The notes under the pieces were generated by a model. It was not told the origin of the DNA. It was given only the letters and a program-made list of their open reading frames with translations, and ran no database searches. Of a DNA stretch of 48,464 nt, positions 12,001-24,000 are shown piece by piece. Made by a program: the position numbers and the translations under genes. This stretch comes from an uncultured Planctomycetia bacterium (GTDB lineage: Bacteria > Omnitrophota > Gorgyraeia > 2-01-FULL-45-10 > JAHFGN01), in the NCBI GenBank assembly GCA_964354545.1, contig CAYHAE010000008.1, positions 1-48,464 of the forward strand, in the 5' to 3' direction. Numbering within the stretch: the stretch's first letter is position 1; every line of letters starts with the position of its first letter.

Positions 12001-15000
12001 TCTATCTGGTAGAGGCAGTCCTCGAACTGTTCCTCGTAGGTATCGCCTTTTGCAGGAATGACCGTGGCGCGGATCTCGTCGTAGCTGCCCATGTCGCTCT
12101 CTGTGTACGCTGTCCGGAGCGGCGCCCCGCTTGTAGACCCACGGAGCGGAAAGCGTTCGAACCCTTGCGGTCCAAGACGGATATCCGCCTTTCGCAAGGT
12201 ATCGAGTTGGCTTATGATGTTCAACTCTTCAGTTGAAGGGAAATCGAGGCCAGTGTCAGCCTGGTAGGAACGCGCGGCGGCGTCGCGGACCATTCCCTCG
12301 CCAGCCTGAATGATCGCGCGGACTGCATCGACCAATTGAGGACCATAAAAATCGAATATCGATAGGAGAGTGCCTATGTGCGTGTCCGCGGGCCTTTCCA
12401 ACCTTCCGTATTCATCTGCCGTGTGACGGATCGGACCCATCAGGGAGGAGAAATAATCTACTCCCAGAGATTCGCCGATCTCCGATAATGCGACAAAACC
12501 TCCCAGCGTATCGGGCGTTGGCCACATACCGCTCGCGACATCCCCTCGTGCCTGATTTAAGTAGAATCCGAGCCTGAAGAAAGGCGCGTGGCTCGGTGCG
12601 ACTGCGCCGACTTTGGCGACGCGTTCGCTCTGGAGCGGAGAGACCTGCATGTCCGGCTGCACCAGATCGTGGAACTGGTGGAGCGCCTCTTCCAACAGCA
12701 TCGACTCGAAGATGTCCCATGCGATCTGCTCGATCACTGATCCCTCATCAAGGGTTCGGACGAGTTCGCCCCACTGGGCGTCGAAGAGCGCGAATGCGGG
12801 ATTGACAGTCCCTTCGTCCGGCGGCGCGTCCGTGAGATACCTGTACATCGCTGCGGCACGTCCCCATAGCCCTGCCACCGACACATGCGTTGAAAAGATG
12901 CTCGACCACCCGCCTTCAACCCCCGCCTCCTGGCCGATACACCACAGGTAGCGAGGACGGTCTTCGCGCATATAGCTGAAGACCGTTTCTACCGGGGCCA
13001 TTGTGAAAGGCCTCTCCCAGTCGATCCTCCCGCTTACCGCCTCCTGATAGATAATCACGTATCCCTTGCGTGCGGACACGCTATTGATCTCATTGAGCGT
13101 CAATGCGAACTGCGTAATGTTACCTTCGCCGGCCTGAGCGAGAAGGCTTCGCACCTGATCCCGGAAGCCCTCCCTGTCCGCAACCACTTTGGAGCGCTCC
13201 GCGATCTGTTCTATCTCATCAGGCAAAAGGGCGGTGGGGCTCGGCGATAACGGCTCGATCTCATTGACCGCGTTCGCGAGGAGATCTATAAACTCTCGCG
13301 TGAGGGGGTCCGGCTCAATACCGTATCCCAGAGCGAGCGGGGGACGGTTCCTGCCGCTAGGATCGCCTTCAAGGAAACTCTCGTCGAGCGCCTCGAAGAC
13401 CGCTGTGATCCTCGCCCTCAGGGCTGTATCTGCGCTCTCTATGTACGCCCCCCTTAAGCGCCCGATCTCTTCCCTATAACCTTCAATACCGAGGTCGCGT
13501 AGATGGCGCAATACGAGCATCCAGTAATAATTGTGCTCTATGATCTGCAAAAATTGCTCTCTCTGGTCTTCGGTCAGGCCTTTCTGATCCCTTACCGTTG
13601 CCACCGCAGCCTGGTAGGCAGTGTCGAGGTTCGGAAGCTGGTCATCGCGAAAGACAATACGTCGGAACGTTTGGTCAGCGAGCGACCTGCCGTAATAGGT
13701 CTCTGTCAACGCTATGTGCGAGATATGGTCGACATACGCTTCGAAGGCCGCGAGCATCCCTTGCTCAGCCACACGCGCGAACCGTGCTTCGGCCGCCTCT
13801 TCGGCAGCCCGTATGGCCCCTGCCGTATCGCTTGTGTCGCCGCTCGTGCTTTCTCGGCCCTCTCTTTCTACGCCTGGGGTGGATTTTCGTGATCGGTTCG
13901 ATGTCGCATCCACTCTTTTCGCTACTACCGTTGCAAATTCAGGCACGAATTCATCGTCTCTCAAAGACCTCTTGGACCCTTTGATCTTTACGACATCGCA
14001 ATCCCATTTGCATTGCAGGTCCTTTTCATGTCCCTGCAATACCCAGACAGCTTCTCGATGTTCGCCTGACGCGCCACCTGCAGCGATAACCAATGCGGGC
14101 CTCCCCTTATTGAGAACTTTCTCTATCTCTTCGAGCCCAAATTCCCATCCAATGTTAAATGCTACCGCGGCCTCGTCCACTTTTTCTTTAGGTACGCCCT
14201 TCGTGAAACTTTCACTAATCGTATGTCTGATCTTGTTCCTTCCGGCACTAAGCTCGAGTTGGCCATGTCTCATTCTCTCGCTCTCTACAAAAATAACTTC
14301 TTTTGCCCCCAGCCTTCCGGCCAGCAACCCCAAAAGGCCCTTACCGGCACCATAGTCGATAAAGACCCTGTTCGCAACATCTTCCCTCGATGCCTGAATA
14401 GCGATGACAGCTCCCTGAGTGGTTCCGGGCGGGAAGCCGCCAAATAAGATCTCTTCTACTACCACTGGTATCACCATGACGGCAGGAGATGATAGTTCCA
14501 GACAATTTAGATTGAGCTTCTTTGCCACAGAATCTTTCAAGAATATGACGTCTCCTATCCGCCATAGAATAGTGCCTTCATCCATGCACCCCGCTGCTTC
14601 CGTTACATACTTCTTCCCTTTAAATGTTACCGTGTCGATCTTTTTCCTTTCGGCGGCCGGATACTCCTCCTTGGCCATCGTGAATATATCAGTAACTATT
14701 GCCTCTGCGCTCTTCTCTCTGGACGGCCTTTCCGCCCCTGAGGTAGACTGCCGCTCGCGAGTTTCACCATCCAGAGAGCGGCGCAGGAGAGGTAAGAGGT
14801 TCTGCCGTAACGCGTGCGCTATGGCGTTAAACTCGGCAAGGATGTCGGGCGTGTCTTCCCCGTAGTTCTTATGTGTGAACGGAAGCAGCTCGTTGAGCAA
14901 AAAGACCTTCCCCCTGGCTTCCGGGATCCGGTCAACGACAAATTTACGATGAGACTCTTCAGCCACGATGACGATATCCGCGCGCCGCACCGCATCGAAC

Positions 15001-18000
15001 GATAACCCGTTGAGCTTCGGCCTAAAGCGGTCCACCACCTCTGGCTTTATGCCTTTTTCAAGGGCTTCTGTTTTAACCTCTCTATTTACCGTGAAGAGCG
15101 TTTCCGCGTCACGCGGGTCCCACTTCTCTATCCCTCCGGACGAAACCGATACGATATCCTGTAAGCCGTTACTTTCGATAAAGTCTTCGGCGACCATATG
15201 CATGATGGGAGACCGGAGGGCATTCACGCGGCACAGGAAATGCATGACGACCTTCCCGCGGGACATCGCGCGGACGATTATCGCCTTGATCGCGTCGTAT
15301 GTGCGTTGAGCGCCCTCTACCCGGGAAGTAACGGCATCCATCGCCTGTTCGGCAGATGAATACGGATTGCCAAAAGGACCGATGCCGATCGAGGGGAATA
15401 ATGTGCCGCTGTGGTCAGTTGCCACATAGCCGATGGAGGAGAGGCCATAGATATCGCATACGATCTTCTGTGACGCTCCTGTCAGATCAGTGACGGCAAT
15501 CTCATTATGGCGAACGCGGCCGGCCTTGCCGGACCGGATAAATTCCTCAACTCTGGCAGGAGATATGCTTTGATGATAAATGACCGCCCCGACACTCAGC
15601 GTGGCCACCTCGATCGTCCGTTTGTCATCTTCCACAAATAACGCAACGTGCCTCTGTTCTATGGCAGGCCCGGCCGGCACAGGAGAGACGTAGGCGACGC
15701 CTTCCGTTATCGTCAATCGAGACGCCTTTTGGTCTCTCCCTAATTCCACGAAAGTGTCAAAATAGTACCGTGCGTCTATCTCCTCTCCCTTATCATTCAC
15801 GACAACGATATAAAAACGGCCTCCTTCCCTGCAGATCTTTACGAAAAGCCATTTTGATGTACGCCCATCCTGAGCAGCGCTCTGGATCCGCAGAGTTACA
15901 GGGTGTTCCTCGTCGCACGTGATCTTATTATTCCTCAGGCGCCGAAGCACAATGTGGTAATCACAAAGTTCGCTCGGTACTGCCGCCCCTGAGGAGGACT
16001 GCCTCTCGCGCGCTTCACCGTCCTTAGGCGTCCCCGAAGGGGACTGGCGCTCAGGAGCTTTGCCTGTTGTAGGCGTTCCCGAAGGGAGCTGTCCCCGAAG
16101 GGGACGCCCTGCAAGCGTCGTTCCCATGGGGAGCTGGCCGGCATCGTCTCTCCCTTCTTCGCGCGGAGTGTCCCTTTTTGACGCGTCCCCGCCAATAAAC
16201 TGCCTCACGATAGAATCGTGAGGGATATCCACGTTCGCCGTCACGGCCCGCACGCCTTTCAGAATGAATAGAAGATGCGTGATCGCATTGACGGACTTCG
16301 TGTCCTTTTCGGCGCGAGCTCGCGCGAGCGCATCTTTCAAGACCGGCTCGATATGGGGTTTCAGAACAGGGAGTTCGTAGGGAAGATAGCTATTGAAAGT
16401 AACATCCGCGTTCTTCCACGAAGGATACACATACGTAAGGTCGTGCTCCCGCGTCGCCGGCCATTCTCTCACAATAGTGAGCGGGTCCTTCCCGAATATC
16501 GCGGTAAAGGTGAGGATATGCCTTAAGAAACGGAGATCGAGTGAGGTGAGCGGTCGATTTTTCGCGAGTTTCAGGCTTGGCGCGGTATTGACAAATATGC
16601 CGTATGTTCTTTCGTCTTTTAAAGGCCCGCTATCTTTATCGAGCAATTCATCGCTCAATACATAATCGCCTTCGATAACAAATACAACACGGCTGCCCGC
16701 GCGTCTTGCTGCCGCAAGGTCCCCTATCTCCTCCAGCATTTTGTTCACTTTCATCCGGTAGAGATCCTCGCCGGAATACCCTTGCCTTCTGAGCCCTTCC
16801 TCGTAACCGGCAAGCTGCGCGTCCATATCGATCCTTTTCGCATCCCAACCCAATTGGGACAATTCGCGGGCGATCCGTTCGGAGAATTCCATCTTCCCGC
16901 TTGTTTTCGGCCCGCTCACCAGAACGAAACCGCCATTCTCATTTTCAAAACGGCTATTGATCTCTTCCGTAATTTTCCTGATCTTTTCTCTATGTTTTTG
17001 CTCGTCCCTTTCGATCAGACCTTGATATGCGCGCTCTCGATACAATCGACCGAGCTCCTCTACCGTGTCGGGATCCAATCCGAGCTTCCCATAACCTTCA
17101 TAGGGCCTCGCCCGCTTAAAGAACCGCGCGATCGCACAGAGCATCCTCAATAGCCAGCTCCTCGCGATCTCGGCGTTCGCGATTCTCGCCAGGCTCACTA
17201 TGTATGCCGCCTGCCGCAGATCGACCTTATATTCTTTGGCGACAGCGAGGACATTCTCGCTCTCTCTCGCTATTCTCTCTTCGAGCATCTTATCGACGGC
17301 AAGGCCGCTCCAACACCTCCCTTCGATATTCTGCAGCCACTCAAAATACGACACGGTGACTCCGCCGACATTTGCGAGGACATCGGGGATGACGAGGATC
17401 CCTCTCTTCTTTAAAATCTCATCGGCGGCCGGTGTCGTCGGGCTATTCGCCAATTCAAGGACGATACCGCACTGTATATCTTTTGCGTTCTCCAGGGTAA
17501 TCTGGTTCTCTTTCGCGGCGGGGACCTTGATATCTGTGTACGTCGTCCAGAAAAACCGTTCATCTACTTTCGCAGTTCCGGTCTCTTCCAGAAATCGTCG
17601 GGACACGGTATCGAGGGCCGCCCATCTGCCGTCGGCTCCGCGCACAAGCGCCCTATCCAATGCCTCTATATCGATACCATGTGGATTGTAGAGCGTGCAC
17701 GTCGCATCCTGAAGCAGGGTTATCTTAGCGCCGGCCCTAAAAAACTCCCATGCGTTGTATTCGCCGACATTCCCCGCACCCTGGATCGCAACGCTCATCA
17801 CGCTTATATCTTTTCTCAGCACCGCTCTGGCGGTTTCATTTAAGCGGGCGCTGACCGGGTCGTGCTCCCCCTCTGCGACATCGGAGAAATATTTCTTGAC
17901 CGTTTTAAACGCAAGAAATCCGCCGAATCCTGTCGCCTTGGTCCTCCCTTCAGACCCGCCCTTGCCGACCGGCTTTCCGGTTACCACGCCCAGCTCAATG

Positions 18001-21000
18001 CCTTCCAGCACTCCCTCTTCGTCCTGCGCCAGCAGGCTTATATATTCATCCAGGTAGGGAGTTTCTTGCGGATCGCGGTGTGGTGCAATTTTTTTCAACG
18101 CCTCCTGGATAGCCTTATCATGCACTCGATTTTTCTCGGTGAGCACCTTCAAATACTCATCCGCAAACCAGGCCATCATCCTTTCATCGGTTCCCTTATC
18201 CGGCGCCGGTACGTCTATGAACGGTCCTATCGCGCGCTTTTTCGCAAGCTCGCGGGAAAACTCCCTTATGATGCGCGCCATGTCATTATCGGTGTAGCGT
18301 CGCTTCGGGACGAATATATCGCCCTTGCCGCCTCCGTAAGGGACCCCGATAACGGCGTTCTTTATGCTCATCAACGTCGCAAGTCCGGCCGCCGTCTCTT
18401 CCGCTTCTTCGGGAGTATCCCCCTCTCCGACCAACCATCGCAGACCGCCCTTCCCTGCGCCGCGCGCGTCGTTCTGCAGCACTCTGAACCCCCACAATGA
18501 AACCGTATCTCCGTCATCCAGAGCAACCTTGAAGTGCACTCTTGTCACACGCTTCGCGCTCAAAGCCTTTCTTCTTACAGCCCAGTGAAGCTTCATCGTG
18601 TCGGCGGCCCGAGCGATATTGTCCTCAGCCGCTTCTAATATAGTAAGAGGATGAACGGCCGACTCCTTCCGTGAATACAAAAGCGTCGATGTGGTATGGG
18701 GCGAGCCGACGATCGAGGCATAGCCTGTTTTGCGCTCTACCTCATCCGGGGTCACGATCTTATTGGAGGTATCGATCAATGATAAAATGTGCAAGCCCGT
18801 CTCCGACATCATGGAATTAAATTTGGCCGTAAAATACGTATCTGCATATGCAAAGTAGTCGGCGACTTTTGAACGTTTTCCCTTTGAGGTTACTTCTACA
18901 AGAAGGTCTATATCGGACAGAGGGCCGATCTCTTCGGGTAAACCGCGGTCGATGCTTCCGAACAACCAGATCTTTAATATCCCGCCTGTACGGGAGCCTG
19001 CGTGATCTGCCACAAACTGTGAAAGGACATCCCGGAAAACGCTGTGCGCTGACGGATCGGCTGTCGTGAGCAATCTTATAAAGGCGTCCTGATTTTCGCA
19101 GCCTAACTGTGAAGACGCTTTGGCAAGGCTTTCTTCCCATATCGTATCGAACTCTGCGTGTAGCGATTTCTTTAACGAAGCGGCGAGGCCGAAATAGCGG
19201 GAAAAGGAGAATTTTTTCAGGCGGCCTTCATCTCGTTCTGCCCCCGAGGTTGACTGGCGACCCTGCTGCTTTCCGGGTAAGTCGCCGTCCTCCACAGTAC
19301 TACCTGAGGAGGGCTGCCGCTCGCGAGCTTCTCCATCTGTAGGCGTCCCCGGAGGGGACTGGCGCTCGCTCGCATCACCATGAGTAGCCGTCCCCGGAGG
19401 GGAGGAGCGGGTCTCCTCCGAACGCTGTTTCAATAAAGAAGAGAGGAGGGCCTTGATCTCAGCGGGTCGTACCGCTACGTTACCATCTAACTCAGGTTCA
19501 TACCCCACCTCCGCGATATGGAGCCCGAGGATCCTGCTACCCGCAAGCCTTCCGGAAAGCACCTCCCGGATCGCCTTGAACGTCTTGACATCGGTATCAA
19601 TGGAAAGGAATACGTTCTCATAACTCTTCCCTGCCCCCAATTCAAAGGCGATGCCTCTTGCCTCCAAATCCTGCCGGACCTCATCAATGTGCCCGGTCCC
19701 CACCATTCCGGTCAGTGTATCTTCCCAAAGGTCCCAGTTCCCTACGCCGAGTATCGTGAGCCGGCCGGGAGGAACCACCTTATGCTCAATACCATAAAGC
19801 CAGAAGCCGCCGTTCGTGAATTTCGTTTCGTAACAGTCGGTATGCTGGTCCGGAGAGATGATATCCGCTTCGACACCATATATGCGGTTCAGCGCATCGT
19901 AGAAAGGCAGAGAGAGCATATGGGCCCCGCCCATCACGACAGGTATGGCCCCACTCTCTTTAGCTTTTCGGATATGGTCCATGAAGAAATCTACCAGCTC
20001 TTCATAGACCCGTTCTTCGTCGGGGTGCATCCAGTTCGCGTTTATCTGGGCGACGTCTTTTCGCAGCGGGCCTACGGGATGCTCGGTCGTTCGGACCTCG
20101 CCCTGCTCAAATAACGGGAACGACAGAGAAGAGGGCATCAGTCCCATCTCGATCACATAGAATGCCTGCCCTTGCCCCGCAGCCGGTACCCCGCTCGTCG
20201 AGCCTCGCTGCTTCTCCTCAGGGCGAGATCCCGAGTCGGAGCGAGGGATCGACTGCCGCTCGCGCGCTTCACCGTCCTTAGGCGTCCCCGAAGGGGACTG
20301 GCGTTCTGCACCAGGTGTTGGTTCTGGAGGTACAATCGTCTTTGTGAGGACACCGTGTCCCCCTATATCGACCGTCAACAGAGATACGCCGTCCGCTTTC
20401 AGGGTGACATGCCGCGGTTCGGGGGAGAGATTGGTGACAAGGACAGTATCTGTCCCTGCATGCCTCACGAGAACCGCGCCTATATGATCATTGTCGGTGG
20501 TGAGCGCGTGGAATTCGGCGCCGGCCCGGACCCACGCAGTGATCGACTCAAGGAGCCCGTCATGGAATTCCCGGAATTCGAGGTTCCCATCCCGTCCCGC
20601 GTCGAATTCACCCGGTCCGGGCTCGCCAAACATGAACGGGACAGGGCTCAAGACGCCGAACCTGTCCGGACTATATTCCATGACACTCGTCCGCATGAGG
20701 TGCGTGAGGTGGAGGATCAAGAATGCCGCATACAAAGCTTTCAGTTTCGCGATCTTACCTTTGTCGTCGGCAACGTCGCGGACTAAGGCGGCGAGGCTTC
20801 CATTATATTGGGACTGATCGTGGTTGTTGAAATACATGAGAAGTCGCTTGTTGCCTCCGAGGCTCCAGAGCCTGCCCTCCAGGGCGTTAGTGAGCCACCT
20901 GTAGGAAATAGATGCATGGGCAGCCATGAGGTCGCGGATCCCTCCGAAGTAGATCTCATCGAAAGGATATTGCCGGGCAGGGTCTTCCCACTCAGCGACG

Positions 21001-24000
21001 AGCGTCTTTATACCGTTACCTCTCAGGAGCATGGGCAGCACGGGACTTATCTCGCCCCCGAGGTCCAGCCGGACAACAGGAAATCCGACGGTCCTTACCC
21101 ACCAGATGAGCTGAAGGTCAGCCTCCGGGTTCCTGTCGTCTATCGCGTCATCCCATGTCTTTATTATCTCTTCATGCCCCCGCCACCATACCCGGCTGTA
21201 GTCCCCTTCGCTCAGAGGGTGGCGACCGTCAAAGAACGAACCTGTGTGGCTGAAGACCGCGTCGTACGCCATGTCGACTCCATATGCCTCAGCAACTTCC
21301 TTCAGCCGTCTGAAATCGTGCGACGTACCGGCCCACGATGCGAACGCGATGGGTGAATAGGTACAGAGCATGTAAGGACGGCTTAGACACAACGTACCCG
21401 GATTCAACAAAATACGGTCATAAGATCGTGCGAGGCGGGGGATCTCTTCCGTGAGCCACTGGACGGCCGTCCTGCCCGTTGCCTTCAATTCTTCCCACGG
21501 CGCTTCGAGGAGGAGGTTCATCTGGAGCGTGCGCTTCCCGCGGTCGGGCACTGTGCGCGCGCGTTCGTGGAACTCCTGTTTCGGATAGACCCTTGCGAGC
21601 GAATTCCATGCTCCGTCAATGTCACCCGACATGGGGTCGTTGAACCATATATCATAGGTAACCACTTCACCCTGCGCGGTGCGCACGGGAATACGGATGT
21701 TGAACTTGTACCCGAAATGGCCCTCAGGAAGCGCAACACACCACGTCCACTTCTTGAGCGCCGCATCGTATGCCACGGGGCGGCGGAGCTGCTGCCATCC
21801 TTCTTGAAGAGCAGCGACACCTTCTGGAGGCTGGTCCACGCCAATCCTGATGTCACCCCTCGACCAAGGCCGTCCTGTGAGGAAGTTCCCTCGCAGCGCG
21901 AGGCATTCTTCATGGGTGCGCACGTAATCGATAACTGCCTGGAGCACTGCCTCGCCGAGCCCCTCCGGATTTCCTTCCGGCGCTCTGACGTTGAGAATCT
22001 CGGCGAGCTGAGAGATCCTGTCTGCCCTGCGGGTAAGCTGTTCGCGAAGGGCCCGCTCCACACCCTCTTCCGTCAATGTGAACCGGACACCGCTGTCGGT
22101 AGCCTGAACGTTGCCCGCAACAGCATAGAGGTCCTGGTAGCGCACCTCGCCCTTGAATTGTTCCCACCGTCTGCGCCACTTCTCTTCCTGGGCGCTTATG
22201 AACACTTCGACTCTTTCGTCCCTGACGCCGCCGGCCTGATAGACGTGTGCGAGAAGGCTTACGAGGTGCCAGGGTGCCCATACAGTATCAAAATCAAGAT
22301 CGTGATCCCATTGCCCGATATAAAGGACGAGCGCATGAAGTTCGAGGTATCGATACGGTTCGTCCGCAAGCCGCCTCTCGAGGTCCTCCGCGGCCTTTCG
22401 CAGGTCATCATAGGTGATATCCGTCCCTCGCCCTGCGGCAAGCGAGTCGACGAATCCCTTGCAGAGAGTTTTGAATTCTTCGGGATCATCAGGGCGGGGC
22501 AGTGCGGGCAACGCACGCATGAGCGCCTCATTCGCCTTCCCCTCTCTCACAAGATCCCTCAAGGCCTTTAAGAATGCCTCATCGTCACGCTCTCCTGCTG
22601 AGCCGGTGGTCGAGGCGCGCGGCGAAGAGCCTGTCTCCTTGTCCGCGGCGAGGACCCGCGCGCAGATATCCCGTATCTCATCGTCACCTGTTGTCGCGAC
22701 GGTGAGTGCAAGCCGCTCCCGAACTTCATCTGAGATCGTAAGAGTATCCACTCGTATCGACCTTATTACGATATTCTTTAAGATCGACCTCTGGAGTTCG
22801 GCATCCCTCCTGATGAGCCTCATCCCGACGCCGGTGAGCCTGTCTGTGCCGAGGATCCCGAAGATCACGTCGGGCAGGCTCTCGAACGGCTGGCCGCTGG
22901 TCCCGCTCGTCGAAGAGCGCGGCTGCGCCTCATCTGTCTCTCCCCGGCTCCCCTCCCCGATGATCTCGAACTTGACGTGCTGTCGCGAGAGGTCCACCTC
23001 TATCACCCTTGCCCTGTAGAGACGCCTCTCATAACCGGGCCCGGATATGTTATCGTACAGGTCATCGCATCGTATCACCCGGGCGATCCTGGAGGCGGGG
23101 ACGAAACCGGACGTGGTGCGGCCGCCGTGCGTCTTCGCGGTCACGACGATGCCGCTCTGCTTTCCGGTCTGGCTATTGAACCGGACGTCGTGGGCAACGA
23201 CCGTCATTTCAGCGCCTAATCTAAAGGATGCCCTGAAGTCTTCCGCATCGATCGGCCCTCTCTCGCCAGAGCTACGAGGCGGCGCGCGTCTTTCGCCTTC
23301 GCCCAACAGGACCCCGAGCCTCTTGACCATCTGCTTTTTCGAAGGGTCAGCCGACACTTTCTCGAGAAGCCCTTGCATCTTGGATCTCGCTTCCTGTCCA
23401 TAGGGGCCTGCGAGCAGGTGTCGTGCCGCAGGCACGACGTGCCCTTCAACAAAGGGACCCCTTGGATCATTGAGGGCAAAGGCAATGTCGTATGCGGCAC
23501 TGCGCGCGGCAAAGCTGCTCTTATCCGAAAGTGCCCCGACCGTCCTCTTCGCGAACTCGCGGATATCCTCTCTCTCGTTCGTGAGCAGGCCCACGCATCG
23601 GCTGACATCGGTCTGCTCGAGCCACAGGCGTGCGCCGGAAGCCGCCTCCCGCGCGACGACCCCATCGGCTTTCGCCAGCACCTCTTCCAGCGTCGGCTCG
23701 ACCGAATCCCTGACATACGCGGCATTGCGATCCCTGAGGGCATACGAGAGGTTGGCAACCGCGGCGATCATCGCCACGACGCCGCGCCCGGCGCGCTCGA
23801 CGATGGTCCTCCCCGCAAACGCCTTCACTCCGGGGATCTCAACCTTCAAGAGCCCGATACACTGTCTTATGACCTCCTCGTCAGGAACATCAACGAGAAG
23901 TCCGACGGCTCTTTCCTGTTCCTCTCTCAGTGCCGCGATCTCCATATCCGTGAGCGCCCGGCACTCTCCGGGTCCGAGCCCTTCAAGCGCTATCGGCCCC

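Noticed and set aside
15560-15660. Response-regulator receiver domain suggested by VALFVEDDKRTIE
   Set aside because: The downstream phospho-Asp and KP motifs are not evident, so it is left unassigned.
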